From contig JBOZIK010000001.1 of assembly GCA_051453625.1 (NCBI GenBank), positions 38,586,724-38,650,723 of the forward strand: 64,000 nucleotides of DNA, given 5' to 3'. The stretch is from Welwitschia mirabilis (lineage: Eukaryota). Positions 14,847 through 29,483 of the stretch are shown piece after piece. The position numbers and the translations under genes were made by a program. The notes beneath the pieces were generated by a model, which searched no databases, was not told where the DNA came from, and saw nothing but the letters and a program-made list of their open reading frames with translations. Positions within the stretch are counted from its first letter, which is position 1; each line of letters starts with the position of its first letter.

Positions 14847-15346
14847 ATTGGTATTAGAGCCTGGTTACTCTTGATAGAGCTTTACTACTCTGAGTGATTA
14901 TATGGAACCTATCACTAATGAAGGCCATTCGATCTTAAGGCCACCTTATTTCAATGGGGTTAAACTATTATTTTTGAAAAACTAAAATGATAATATTTTT
15001 GAAATCTCTTGATTTAAATATCTAGGATAGTGTTGTCTACAGTTACTTCAAACCCACTAATCCATTAACAAGTTGGTATAATGAACAAAAGTAAGAAGCA
15101 AGGCTCGATGCAAAAGCAATGAATGCACTCATTTATTCCCTTAGTTTAGAGGAGTACAACTAAGTAGTTTAGTATTCCTCTATCAAGTACATCTAGAATA
15201 TTCTTGATATCACTGATAAAGGTATGAGTGTTGTGAAAAATTCTAAGTTACAATTCTTAGCAAGTCAGTTTGAAAATATTGGAATGAAAGAACAAGAATC
15301 TATCACTAAAAACACAACCAAGGTCATGAACATTGTGAATACAATG

Positions 15347-16723
15347 TATTAGATTATGTATTACTAACTGATTTGAAACTAAAGCTTTCTATGAAACAAA
15401 ATTTATGTATCTTGTGAAACAACAATTGATCACTTATAGGTTATAAGTTAAAGCAAGGAATGTTGCATTTTAATCACTAAAACTTATCAAGTTTAATTAC
15501 ACTCTTGAGGGGTTGACCAGATTTCCAAATGATTAATTGCACTTAAAGTAAACTCATAGAATTAGACTAAATTCAGAGGGATCAACTGGACTTTTGAGAA
15601 ATTGACTAGACCTGAGAACCTAAGAACCATTAACCTTGAATAGATTATCAAGGAGTTTATTAGACACCTAAGGGATTGATTAGACCTAAGCACTGTGCAT
15701 CTAATATCCTTGAGCCATGCATTAAGTGATTGACTGGAAAGATGAGGGGTCAACTAGACCTAATGCAAAAAATTGGAATGAATTTTTATCAGGATGAGTG
15801 GGTGACCAGAAAGATATGCGGGTGACCCGATGAACAACTGAGCGGATCCTAAGGGATCAACACAACATGGAGCCATAAGAAAACATGGACAACCAAATAG
15901 TTTACTCAGGTGACCTCTTTAAGTTACAACCTAGGAGGGATCGATAGGATGATTTAAGGGTTAACCAAATGGAATGAAAATGAAAATTTTATGTCCATTA
16001 TGTGGTCTTTTCTAACTATTGGAAGCACGTTTCTAAGTGTAATAAACTTTCAAAGCTTCCATTATAAATAGCAAAGAGAGAAATCAATAGAAGGATCTTT
16101 GACCTTTTATTAAATGATTGAAATTGGTAATTTATCATTATAATAGCTTGGCATTACATTTCTAATTAAGGATAAGTCAACATCTATTATATCTTTGCTT
16201 TCAAGATTAGATCTTATACTTCATTATTATAGTTCATATCATTTATAAGAGAAGAACTCCGTTACAATTATTGTACTGAAAAACAAGTGATATCAGTATA
16301 CCAAGGCATTTTACCATTACTATAATACCATTTGAAAGGTTGAGACTTAGCCTACAAAAGTCCATTAAAAAGCTTAAGGCTTAGCCTATGAAAGTCCATT
16401 GAAAAGGTTGAGACTTAGCCTATCAAAGTCCATGTGTAAAGATTACATGTAAACCTATAATACCTAAAAGAGTTAACAAAGATCCAGATCAAGCTTGGTG
16501 ATAAGTTGATCATCAAGAGTGGATTAGGAGGTTTTCTAAATCACTATAAAATTTGTATGCATATGATAGGTATTTTTATTCTTTCTATTATTTCCATTTT
16601 TTTTAATACTTTTAGTTTATATGCCCAAGTTTTCTAGTGATATATTTTAAGTAAGTTTATCATAAGTTTATTTTATTTTTTTAAGAATCTATTCACACCT
16701 TTCTAAGGTTCTTGATCCTCACA
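15347..16723 (+). repeat. 5' LTR of inner Sirevirus
   Basis: Colinear with 20965-22336. Contains three ~34-bp AAAGGTTGAGACTTAGCCTA.AAAGTCCAT repeats at ~16335-16433. Confidence 0.9.
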
Positions 16724-19298
16724 TTTTGTATAAAAGCTAAGTTAAGTTCGTTTTTAGCTTTTAACTAATCTAGACTCTAGAACCCAAAAATGAGTAATCT
16801 CTCTAATTAATTTTCCATTATCCACCTTTATTTGATTAGTCAAATTATGCATATTGAAAAGCTAGTATGAGAATATTCCTTAGATCCTTAGATGCAGATA
16901 TTGAAGAGGCTATTTATAAATTTTATATTATGTATATGTTAGCAAAAACTAATGAAAATGATAATACCATTTAAGTTTTTAAATCCTGAGATCAATGGGC
17001 TACCACCAATAAAACCAAAGCCACCACAAATACTTGTGCTCTTAATGCAATATTTTGTATAGTTTATGAAAATAAATTTAAACATATTGTAAATTATAAT
17101 TATACAAAGGAAGCATAGGATATTCTTGAGATCGCTCGTGAAGTAACTTCCATCGCAAAGTAAGCTAAGATTCAAATGCTTATCTCCAGATTTGATTATA
17201 TTCACATGAATAAGGAGGAGACTTTACAGGAGTTATTTGCCAAACTGACAAACATTGCTAACTCTATGGCAAGTCTAGATAAACATTTGAATGAAGTAAA
17301 AGTGGTCAAAAAAGTACTTAGATCTCTTTCAAAAAGATTTAGACCTATAGTCACAGTAATTGAGGAAATCAAGAACATAAATATAATGGTACTAGAAGAG
17401 CTTAAAGGTAATTTATAAAATTATTAATTAAAATTATTTAAATATAAGAAGAAAAATATTACTTTGAAGTGTGTACAAGAAGGATACAGATCTGGGAAGT
17501 TAGATGAGAAATTAGATGCTGATGAAGTTGCTCTTCTAGCCAGAAGGCTTAAAAAATTCTTACATAAAAGGAAAAGGAAGGTGAGCCAAGTAGAAGCACA
17601 AAAAGAAAACACCTAAAATACAAAAAGGAGCAAGACAAAGAAAAAGAAATCCAATATTACTCTTGTAAAGGATTTAGACATATGGCTAATAAATGTCCAA
17701 ATACCAAAAGAGATCATGGAAAATCAAATAATTCTTTGTTTTTTGCAACATGGGGATAATGAAAATGAGGATAATAATAATAATTTAGATTAATACTCAA
17801 ATAGAAATAGAATAATATTATTCATGGCAATTGTGCCTCTAATTCAGAACCTACCTAGCACATTAGATTTGAATAATTTGGATAAATTGATGAAGAACAT
17901 GATGAATTAAATGATACTTATCAAGAACTATATAAGGAATGTGCAAAGTTAGTAAGAAGGATAAATGATTTAAATAAGGTTATAAGGTCTCCTTTAAAGA
18001 TAAGGATGAAATAGAATTAAAATATAAATTTCTCAAATCAGATAACTCCGATCTCATGTTATAAGTAAAAGAATTATCTTTTTTTGTTAATAATTTTTTT
18101 TGTGATTCTTTTAAATTAGAATAGATGCTTAGAGTTTGAAAACTTGCTAATGATAAATCAAGTATTAACTTCATATCAAAACTTATAAGGTTAAAAAAAA
18201 TAGATAACCTGGCAAAGTAAGATCATTCCTAGAGTTACTTGTCATTTTTGTGAAAATACAAGAATTCAAAACTCTTTTACAATGTTAAAAAGTTAATGTT
18301 GTTTTCAAATTTAGTTAATTATTTTCCTTTTAAATTAATTTTAAAAGGAGGTATACCACCTAATTTGAAAAAGAGTAGGTGGGTAAAAGCTAATGATCTT
18401 AAAAGTTTTTTAATCTTAAATAGATTTCAAAATCGTAAATGAAAATAGCTGGTACTTAGACAGTAGATGCTCAAGATATATGATAGAAGAAAAATCAAAC
18501 TTCAAACACTTGAGTAATATCAATAAAGAAGATGTTACCTTTGATGCTAATAGATAAGAGAAAGTAGAAGGCATCATAATTATCAAAGGAGGTAATGTAC
18601 TTAAAATTAATAAGATGTTATATGTAATGATTTAAAGCATAATTTGTTGATTATTAGCTAAATATGTAACAAAGCTCAAAAAGTAGTTTTTGATAAGTTA
18701 AAATGTAAAATTTTACATGAAAAATCAAATGTTATTATCCTTAGAGCAAGACGAATAGACAATGTTTATAGAATAGATAAATCATTTTTTCAATATTGTT
18801 TTTCTCATGATACTCATGTAAAGTTATACATAAATGATTCAATCATGTTAATTACAAAGTTAAAAAAGAAAACAGTATTTTAAATTTTGTTAAAACTAAA
18901 TGTCAACTAGTAGATATAATAGTAAAACCCTAAATTTATGATGTTTTTCTCAATCACTAAAACAAACTGGGGGTTAACTCATCATCCTTTGACTAATTAT
19001 AGGATGATCAACTAGATCATAGATTTAGTAAACTAGATGTAATTAGTTGACTAGCCTAAAAGTCCAATCATTCATACCTCTTTTAGTACTATAGACCCGT
19101 GTCTTGATGGGTGACCAAAACTTCAACTAGTTAACTAGACCTAAAGGGTTACAGTGTAGAAGTACTATCAGTGGACCCTATTTATTTCTTAAATTCATCA
19201 TAATCAACCTCTCTATAAAAGAAATATGCATACAAACCCTTTTTACTATGTTCTAGCCTTATTTTTCTTCCAGATAAAGAGCATTTCTTAAATTTCTT

Positions 19299-20370
19299 AT
19301 GTCTTCAAGCTCCTGCAAAGAGACCATAATGGCTAAAGATTCCTTTAGAAGAAGAGCAAAGGAAGTTCTAGCTAGGAAACCCTCTTATTTCTATTAATTA
19401 ATATCTAAAGATGCCATAGATAAGTTCCAAGTGAAGTTTGACAAGAATCTTATGTGCCAAGAGGAAGCTATAATCACATCAATTCTTGAAGAGCTCAAAA
19501 AATGATCCAGCTCTTAAGAGATTAGAATCTCTCTTATTTTCTTAATGTATCATGTTTGGATAATCCATTTCTTAGTCAAATGTTCTACTGTAATGCTACC
19601 TATGATTGTGACTCTACTATCCTTGAAATCCTAGTTTTAGGGAAAACAATGAAGATCACTATCAACTTCATTGCAACCACTACCAATATGCCTAGGAAAG
19701 ACTATGATGAGTTTTAACCTCTTAGGAACTCCATGAAAGACAAGGTAGCAGTCACAAGAAAATTTTATGGTAGGTTTCATTCTTGAAAGCATACCGTCTC
19801 TACTTCTTTAATTATTCCTAAATATTACTTTCTTCATTTAGTTTTTACCTATAAATTTTTACCCTTGGCTGGTCGTTGAGATGAGGCCTCCATCTATAGG
19901 ACCTATCTGAAGTATTTAGTAGGGACTGGGTACTCTATTAATGCCCATGCTATATACTAAAGAACATGGTTTTTCAGTTAGAGTACCACAACACTAGGGA
20001 TTTATTCTACTCTATGCTAATTGCTTATATGTACTAATACTATCATATGACCTTTTGTCCTAAGCTTAAAACCCATTAACCAATGTCATTCATTGGGTGT
20101 GTGATGTTGTTTTGCATGCATACCTTTGACCATTTAAAGAAGACCTCTAAATCTCCTTCTCCTAAGTAGGTCTCTGTAGAAAAGATACTTTCATACTTAA
20201 AGTGGATTAACTCTCATACAAAGCACATGAAAGAAGCTCCTATGGCAACTAGATATGACATTGCTAATACTTCTAAGAAACCTAAAAATTTATCTTGAAA
20301 GATAGAAGAGGAAGAAGAAGATTCATAAGAGGAGTCTGGAGAAGGGGAAGAATAAGAAGAAGAAGAATCA
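19299..20370 (+). pseudogene. Sirevirus extra (env-like) ORF remnant
   Basis: Lies between the RNase H end and the PPT cluster. MFYCNATY...LEILVLGKTMKITI resembles the LV.EFY.N...V.G..I pattern of plant retroelement extra ORFs. Ends in an acidic tail. Confidence 0.55.
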
Positions 20371-20964
20371 TACTAGATCTTTACTTTCATGTTTATGTTT
20401 TTTTCTTACTTGAGTGCTTTTATTTCCTTTTTATTAATTTAAAAAGGGGGATATTAGTTGTGTTTCTATGTGCTTGCAAATGTAGTTTACTCTTGATGAG
20501 AAGTTTTTCTTTATATTATCTTTTTTTTTAATGAAATAGAATTCACTTTTTTTTATGATCTAAAATTTGTGTTTCAAATTTTTTAATGTAAACCTAATTT
20601 CTATATGAGTTTACATTTTTGATATATTAAACATTTAGGATCAAAATGTTGTTTATTCTATATATTTATAAGTGCACTTTTAAATATTAATGAAAAATAA
20701 TTAAATATTGAATGGTCAAAATGTTATTTCTTATAAATGTAGTTTTTCATAAACATTCTAACATTTTCTTAATTCTTCAAAATTTACACCTAAAAATTAT
20801 TTTAATATTAGCACAAAGTAAGTCTTAATCAAATGGTCTTTATTTTGTATTAAAAGGCTTAAAATTTTTGCAAAGGTTAACAGGCATTTCATGAGAGGAA
20901 GTTTTTTCAAATTTTAATAATTTGCAACTAAAAAATATTTGTCATTAATGTTAAAGAGGAAGAT

Positions 20965-22336
20965 TGTTAGATTATGTATTATCAATTGATGTCAAACTAA
21001 TGTTTTCTGTGAAGCAAAATTTTTGTATCTTATGTAGAAAATATTAATCAATTATAGGTCAGAAGATGAAGCAAGAAATATCGCATTTTTATCATTGAAA
21101 CCTGTTAAGTTCAATTACCCTGTTAAGAGGTGATCAGATTTATAAGGGGTCAATTACACTTGAAGTGAACTCTCAAAATTAGATTAAACTCAAAGGGATT
21201 AACTAGACTTTTGAGGAGTTAACCGGATCTTAAAACCTGAGAATTAGTACTCTTAAATATATCATCAAGAAATTGATCAGGTAATTGAGAGGCCAATCAA
21301 ACATGAGCAATGTGCACTCAATATTCCTAAGTCAATCTTCAAGGGATCAACTAGATACATGAGGAGTTGACTGGACCTAATGTAGAAAACTAGAATGGAT
21401 TTTCATCAGGACAAGTGAGTGACCAAATAAATATGTGGGTGACCAAATAAGTATTCGACCAGATCCTAAGGAGTTAATCGAACATGAAGCCATAAGAAAA
21501 CTTGAGTAATCAAACAACTTACTTAACTAACCTATTTAAGTCATAGTACTAGGAGGGATCGATCAAATGATTAAGAAGAAAACTGGATAGAATGAAAACA
21601 AAAATTTTATATTTAATATGTATCCATTATCTGGTCTTTTTTAGCCATTGGAAGCATGCTTCTAAGTGTAATAAACCCTAAAAGCCTTTCATTATAAATA
21701 GCTAAGAGAGAAATCACTAGAAGGACTTTTGACCTTTTGCCAAATGATTGAAATTAGTGATTTATCATTGTACTAACTTGGCATTGCATTCCTGACCAAG
21801 GACAAGGTAACATCTATTGTATATTTGCTTTCAAGATTAGATCTTGTACTTCATTATTGTAGTTCATATCATTTATAGGAGAAGAGCTCCATTACAATCA
21901 TTGTACTAAAGAACAAGTGATATCAGTGCACCAAGACATTTTACCATCAATACAGTACCATTTTAAAGGTTGAGAATTAACCTAAAAAAGTCCATTAAAA
22001 AGGTTAAGGCTTATTTTGCAAAAGTCTATTGAAAAGGTTAATATTTAGCCTGTAAAAGTTTATGTGTAAAGATTACAAGTGAACTTGCAATACCTGAAAG
22101 AGTTAACAAAGTCTGAATCAGGATTGATAATAAGCTGATTGTCGAGAGTGGAGTAGGGGGTTTCCTAAACCACTATAAAACTTGTGTGTATCTGATTAAT
22201 ATTTTTATGCTTTCTATTATTTTTCATTTTTCTAAATACTTTTACTTTATAATGCACAAGTTTTTTAGTGATTTATTTCAAGTAAGTTTTTATTGTAAGT
22301 TTATTTGATTTTTTTAAGAATCTATTTACCCCCCTT
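20965..22336 (+). repeat. 3' LTR of inner Sirevirus (3'-truncated)
   Basis: Starts TGTTAGATTATG after the PPT AAAGAGGAAGAT. Stops in the C-tract and joins outer gag sequence. Confidence 0.9.
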
Positions 22337-22796
22337 GAGTCTAAAGAAGTTCAAGGGATTATTGATTACATGCAAAGCTATTATTATGGATGATGAAGGA
22401 TCTAAGATAAATAATATTACCTTGAAATGTTTAAGTTAATGCAAATAAGATTCCAACAATGAAGAAGATGATGAGGATTTAGATCTTTTAACTATAAATT
22501 TTAGAAGATTTCTAAGAAAATAAAAAGACTTTAATAGAAAAATATTTAATATCAGTGAGAATCAAATTAAGAAAAATTATTATTCTAAGAAATTTAGTAG
22601 AAATAAGAAACCTCTACAATGATTTAAGTGCAAGGGATTTGAACACATAATAACTGAATGTGCCAAAACACGAAAACCCAAAATCAAAGGGAAGAANNNN
22701 NNNNNNNNNNNNNNNNNNNNNNNNNNNNNNNNNNNNNNNNNNNNNNNNNNNNNNNNNNNNNNNNNNNNNNNNNNNNNNNNNNNNNNNNNNNNNNNN

Positions 22797-25700
22797 AAAA
22801 ATTCCAAGTTACAATTCTTAACAACTCAATTTGAAAATATTAGAATGAAAGAATAATAAACTATCACTAAATACACAATGAAGATCATGGACATTGTGAA
22901 TACAATATGGGGTCTTAGAGAAAAGATTCCAAAATAAAGAGTTATGAGAAAAATCTTGAGGAGCTTGCCCAAGCATTTTAGACCTAAGATTACTAGGATT
23001 GAAGAGAGCAAAAATCTAGATACCATAAGTCTAGAGGAGCTTAAGAGGTTATGTATTACATGTGAAGCTATCATTATGAATGATGAGGGACCTAAGATAA
23101 AGAATATTGCCTTGAAATATTCAAATCAATGTAAATAAAGTTCTAGAAATGAAGAACATGATGAAGATTTAGTCCTTTTAGCCAAAAATTTTAGAAGATT
23201 TCTAAGGAAATAAAAGATCTTAATAGAATATAATTTGATGCTAATGAGAATTAGTTTGATAAGAAAGATTCTTTCAAAAACTTTAGTAGAAACAAGAAAT
23301 CTCTATAATGGTTTGAGTGAAAGGGCTTTAAATACATATCAGCAAAATGTTCCAATACACAAAAAGTCAAAATCAAAGTGAAGAAAGCGCTTAAAGTCAC
23401 TTGGGATAATGAGGAAGAATATAATTTAGAGAAATCTCAAGATAACAGATAAGAGTATGGATTGCGCATTCCCGATAAGTATGCTTTCATCAACTAACAA
23501 TGATGAACATGCAATATTTAACGAGAAAGAGCTAGTATCTAAAAATTATAAAAATATTAAAGAAGCTTATAAATAACTAAATTTTCATTGTGAAATTTTA
23601 GCTTGTAAAAATAGGGATTTAAGATCTGAATTATTGTCTCTACAAATTAAACTTGAATTAACTAATAAAGAGTTGGATAAGGATACTGAAAATCTTGCAT
23701 GTGCAAATAAAACTGTGTATCTTTTATCAAGAGAGTTAGAGGATGTAAGGAAACTTAATGCTATTACCTCATATAAGTTTAACAAGGTAAAATCTGATCA
23801 CAGGAGGTATGCTTTGAAGTCTAATAATTTAAATTCTTTCCATATTTGATGTTTCTATTATGAAGCTTAGGGCATGTTAGATTTTCTTGTCCCATCATAA
23901 AGAGAAATGTTTTCTAGTATATAAGTGACAGATTTTTTTGAAAACCAAAAGCAATGAACAATCAGTCTCTCATTAAGTAAAAATGAGTTAAAAAAGAATC
24001 TATCAAAGGATTTCTTGTTTAGACCACTCTTAAAGCAAAGGATCATTATGGATGGTACTTGAAGAGTGGACATTTAAGACATATGATAGATGATAGAAGA
24101 AGATTTCACACACTTATCAAGTATGATGAAGGAAAGGTTTCATTTGATGATAATAGACAAGCAGTCATCAAGGAAAAAGGTATGGTTTGTAAATATGATC
24201 TTTCAAAAATTGATGATGTTTTGTATGTAGAGGGCCTTAAGAATAATCTATTAGGTATTGTTCAAATGTGTGATAAAGGGAACATAGTTATTTTTAACCA
24301 AAAAAATTATGTAGTAAAGAGTATATCTAGCAATAAGAAACTTTTAATTGCCATCATATAGGAAACTTGTATTCTATAAAAAGCAAATCTAATGATAAAG
24401 AGTTATGTGGTTTTACTCAAGAGAGTTAAGAACATCTCTAGCATAGAAGACTGGATCATTCAAATGTCTCAAACTTAAAAATCATCTCCCAATAAGAGTT
24501 GAATAGAGGTTTACCCAAAATTAGCTTTTCAAATTCTGTCTTGTGTGAATATTATCAAGCATGAAAAATCATGAAATCTTATTTAAAATCTAATCTTAAG
24601 ATTTTTTCAAAAAGGCCTCTAGATATGTTGCATCTAGATTTAGTAGGGACTACAAAAGTAAGTGGCAACAGATATTTTATGATGGTAGTTCATAATTCTA
24701 CTCATTATCCATGGTTTAAGATTTTACATCTAAATCTGATGCCTTTGATAAGTTTTATAATCTTTACAAAAAATTTGGAATTAAAAGGGCCTCACCATTA
24801 AGAAAATCATGTCTCATCATGGAGGTGAGTTGAAAATAAGAATTTTATTAATTTCTATGATAACTATGAAATATTTCATTAGTTTTTAGCTCCTAAAATA
24901 CCATAGCAAAATGGGGTGGCAGAAAGAAAGAATAGGGTCTTAATAGAAATGGCAAGGAAAATGCTAAGAGAACATAATATTTAAATATGGTTTTGGAATA
25001 ATTTTGTGGATACTAGTTGTTACATATCTAATAGGATCTTTCTAAGAGCTGGTACTCAAAGCACTGCTTATGAACTATGGAATGTTAAGAAGCCCATGCT
25101 AAATTATTCCAAAATATTTGGTAGTAAACATATTATTGTGATGAAACAAATCTAGCTAAATTCTATCCTAAAAGTATGCATGTTATTTTTATTAGATCTC
25201 TTTGAAAAGTAAAGCCTATAGAGTTTTTAATTATGATACAAATAAAGTTTAAGAATCTATTTATGTTAAAATTTTAGAGGCTGATAATGATAGAAAGATG
25301 ATTAGAGATGACAAGGATGAGCCCATACCCTCTCCTAATAAAATTTCTCAAAGTGATCAGCAAAATATTACTAGCAATGCTGATGAGGAAGAGATTGATG
25401 ATACCCCTAAGTTCACTTTTTCATGAAAATGCTATTCTCTTTCCCTCAGAATAAGAATAGATCATCCAACTAATTAAATCATTTGAAATNNNNNNNNNNN
25501 NNNNNNNNNNNNNNNNNNNNNNNNNNNNNNNNNNNNNNNNNNNNNNNNNNNNNNNNNNNNNNNNNNNNNNNNNNNNNNNNNNNNNNNNNNNNNNNNNNNN
25601 NNNNNNNNNNNNNNNNNNNNNNNNNNNNNNNNNNNNNNNNNNNNNNNNNNNNNNNNNNNNNNNNNNNNNNNNNNNNNNNNNNNNNNNNNNNNNNNNNNNN

Positions 25701-27560
25701 NNNNNNNNNNNNNNNNNNNNNNNNNNNNNNNNNNNNNNNNNNNNNNNNNNNNNNNNNNNNNNNNNNNNNNNNNNNNNNNNNNNNNNNNNNNNNNNNNNNN
25801 NNNNNNNNNNNNNNNNNNNNNNNNNNNNNNNNNNNNNNNNNNNNNNNNNNNNNNNNNNNNNNNNNNNNNNNNNNNNNNNNNNNNNNNNNNNNNNNNNNNN
25901 NNNNNNNNNNNNNNNNNNNNNNNNNNNNNNNNNNNNNNNNNNNNNNNNNNNNNNNNNNNNNNNNNNNNNNNNNNNNNNNNNNNNNNNNNNNNNNNNNNNN
26001 NNNNNNNNNNNNNNNNNNNNNNNNNNNNNNNNNNNNNNNNNNNNNNNNNNNNNNNNNNNNNNNNNNNNNNNNNNNNNNNNNNNNNNNNNNNNNNNNNNNN
26101 NNNNNNNNNNNNNNNNNNNNNNNNNNNNNNNNNNNNNNNNNNNNNNNNNNNNNNNNNNNNNNNNNNNNNNNNNNNNNNNNNNNNNNNNNNNNNNNNNNNN
26201 NNNNTATAAGAATAAACTAGATGAATCAAGTACAATAGTTCAAAACAAAGTAGATTGGTAGGACAATGATATAGTCAAGAAGAAGGCATAGACTACGATG
26301 AGATCTATGCTCCAGTAGCTAGTCTTGAATCTATCAAACTACTATTAGATTATGCTTATGCTATAAAAATTAAAATATTTCAAATGGATGTAAAGATTAT
26401 TTTTTAGAATGGTTATATTAAAGAAGAAGTTTATGTTAAGTAGCCACTAGGGCTCATCATGTATTCAAGTTCAAAAAGGCTCTATATGATCTCAAGCAAA
26501 CTTCTAGAGCTTGGTATGAAACGTTATCAGATTTCTTATTAGAAAATTATTTTAAAAGTGGTAATGCTAATCCCACTTTATTTATTAAAAGAACTAATAA
26601 ATATACTCTTATTATGTAAATCTATGTTGATGACATAGTTTTTGGGGTTACCAGTGAAAAACTAATACTTAAATTTTATAAAGTTATGCAAAGGAAATTC
26701 GAAATGAGTATGCTTCGAGAACTCAATTTTTTCTTAGGTTTGCATATTAAACAATTCAAGAATGATACTTTTCTTAGTTAATCAAAGTATGTCAAAGAGC
26801 TTCTAAAGAAGTACAAAATCGATTAATTAAAAGAGATTTACACTCCCATATACTCATTTACAAAAATTAGCAAGGATGAATTAGGTAAACCTATAAATTA
26901 AATCATGTATTAAGGTATGATTGGTAGTTTATTATATTAACATCTAGTAGACCTGATATTACATTGAGTGTTGGTATATGTGCTCAATATCAATCTAATC
27001 CTAAGGAATCTCATTTCTCTTTAGTTAAATAAATTTTTTATTATCTTAACAATACAAGTAATTTTGATATTTGGTTTTATAAGAATACTTCACTTGATCT
27101 AGTTGGGTATAGTGATGCAGATTGGGCCAGATGCATAAATGATATAAAAAGTACAAGTAGAGCATGTTACTTTCTTGGAAATCATCTTGTTGCTTGGATT
27201 TCTAAGAAACAAATCTTAATTCTCTCTTCACGGCTAAGGCCAAGTACATATCTACTAGAGCTTGCTACACTCAATTATTATGGATGATGCATATCTTACT
27301 TAAGTATAGAGTTGAGATGATAAGTACTCAACTCCTGTGTGATGGTAGCAGTGCCATTAACATTGCTAATAATCTTGTGTAGCACTCAAGAACTAAGCTT
27401 ATTGACATTATGAATCACTTTATCAGAGAACATGTCAAAGAGGCATAATTTAGCTTGATCATGTATCGACAGGCAAACAACTTACCAATATATTTACCAA
27501 GCCTTTTTTAGAAGTGAGATTTGAGTTTTTAAGTTGAGTTGGGCATAGTAACATGTCCAA
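22797..27560 (+). pseudogene. Copia gag-pol of outer Sirevirus (gag/UBN2, protease, GAG-pre-integrase, integrase, RT, RNase H), many stops
   Basis: RKILRSLPKHFRPKITRIEESKNL; WYLKSGHLRHM; LYVEGLKNNLL; RPLDMLHLDL; QNGVAERKNR; QEEGIDYDEIYAPVA; FQMDVK; IYVDDIVFG; GYSDADWA; IFTKP. Confidence 0.9.
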
Positions 27561-27906
27561 TTGAGGTATGATCTTTGTTTAATATCAATACCAAAATTTA
27601 TACATATTCATCATTTTTTTTTAATGATTAATACAAATTTGTTATTTCTATTATGTATGTTTACTATTATCACCCTGTTCACATGCTTTTCATGAGTATT
27701 TTTGTATATTTATTATTTTATTTTAGAATCAATAATGTCAAAAGGGAGGAGTAATGCAAAGACTATATGAGATACAATAGTTGTATCATTATATCATTTT
27801 AATAGGAATGTCGAACTTAGGGAGAGCTAGTCTACATCTCAGGAGGAGGTTATTTTAAACAGGCTTTTCAAATAATGGGATTTGTCATCATTGAAAAGAA
27901 GGAGAT

Positions 27907-28060
27907 TGTAAGTATAAGATTTCAATAATACCAACAAGTAAAAAAATCAAGCAATGAAATGTTAATCATTCATCATAATCATGTTAAGAAGCTAACCTTT
28001 GCATGTGGATGTCCCCACTCAAAACAAGGAGGACGTCCCCTCCACTTGTAAGTAAAATGT
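27907..28060 (+). repeat. 3' LTR of outer Sirevirus, 5' portion (interrupted by CACTA)
   Basis: Starts TGTAAGTATAAG after the PPT AAAGAAGGAGAT and aligns to 13692-~13845. Confidence 0.9.
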
Positions 28061-28350
28061 TACTACAAGAAAAATAGGCTTTTAAGGAATTTATTTAAAT
28101 AAAAATATTAATTATAGGGCCTTTTATGATGTCCATTTTAATAAATGCATTAAATAAAAAGAATGATACTCTTTTAAAGGCATTTTTCCCAATCAATTCC
28201 TTAAAATCCTTTGTTGAGTCTTTTTAAGGCATCTGTAAAAATAAGTACCTTAAAATCTCTCATCTTTTAAGGAATTTAACAAGAAAAACACCTTAGAAGG
28301 TATATTAAACATTGATATTTTAAGGCATTTAACAAAACAAATACCTGAAA
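28061..28350 (+). repeat. CACTA left TIR and subterminal repeats
   Basis: Direct and inverted TTTAAGGCATTT-type motifs. Confidence 0.85.
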
Positions 28351-29396
28351 AGCCCTACCTTATACCCAAAAACTAAAATAAAGACCTTGTCAAAAATGAA
28401 AATAAAACCATCGCGTGCATTTATTTTGAAAACATAGTACATGAGTTGATTCTTGACCAATTTTGAGTTTTTATCAATTCCTTTGTTGTTATTTTCATCT
28501 TATTTTCATTTTTATTATGCACATAGGATTCTTATTCCTCTCTTCAGAAATCACATTCAAAGATAGCAAATTTAGATTAAGTGTGGATTTATTTCATGAT
28601 TCAAGGTCTTTAGAGTGGTTTCTCACAAATTTGGCTATCAATTTTTGAGTTTCTTATCGATTGAAGGCTTTTATAGAGGACTTTACTATTGTTTTTAGAT
28701 TTTCCTATTGATTAAAGGCTATTGATTAAAGGTTTGGGGCATTTAAGACAAGCAGAAGCATCAACACTAGTTCAGAGTTATTTTTGAAGTGCTTAACTTC
28801 TTTACTATATTCTTGGAAGTTTAAGCACTCATAGCATAGATGTTAGGTTAATGCCGAGTGATTTAAGCTCTGAGATTTTTGATGTGTACAATGTCAACAT
28901 CAAATTTTTGCTTGAAGCATCTATCCTAGGATTTTAAGATGGACAATATTATTTCTTAGATAAAACATTCCAAAATGACATGAATTTATTCTTCACAAAC
29001 AGACTTCAATCTTAAAGCAAAAAAGAAATTGCAAAGGATGAGGAATACATTATTACTATTGAACCTATTAACACTGCTCTTATAATTTGGTACTGATAAG
29101 TTGTTGGGGCTCTGATTTACCTTATGAAGAGCTATAATACAAGGGCTCAGTTTTTTTATAGAGGAATGTTGAGACAGAAGGATAAGTCTTTGTGTTATGC
29201 TGAAGCTATCTCCTTACTAGTTTTAGAGGTTAGTGATTACTGATCCTACTATCCAATAAAATCTTTCCATAAGTTAGATGAATTTGATTCTGATTTTTAT
29301 ACCTTTAAATGTAACAAGGATGTTTTGATAGGTTTTATAGGTTCTGATTTCTATCATTTTATTTTTGAGATTCATTTTGCTTTATAGAAGTCAGAA

Positions 29397-29483
29397 ATGG
29401 GATCTAAAGAAAAGGTGTTTACACTTGCAGAGGTTTCAAAACATAACCATAGGCAAGATTACTAACTTATCATTAAGGGAAAG
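29397..29483 (+). pseudogene. CB5: Captured cytochrome b5 first coding exon (copy 1)
   Basis: MGSKEKVFTLAEVSKHNHRQDY*LIIKGK followed by a GT donor (cf. KVFTLAEVSKHN..KDCWLIIHGKV). Upstream acceptor TTTATAG of a 5'-UTR intron. Confidence 0.9.

Larger units (their letters stand above)
15347..22336 (+). mobile_element. Inner Sirevirus-type copia element, internally deleted (no integrase/RT), with extra 3' env-like ORF remnant
   Basis: LTRs 15347-16723 and 20965-22336 (the latter lacks its last ~20 bp). Decayed PBS at 16726. UBN2 gag ORF 17176-17418. WYLDSRCSRYM at ~18450 is followed by ~18900 by the RNase H end (FVKTKCQLVD..KP). Multiple PPTs 20441-20964. Confidence 0.85.
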
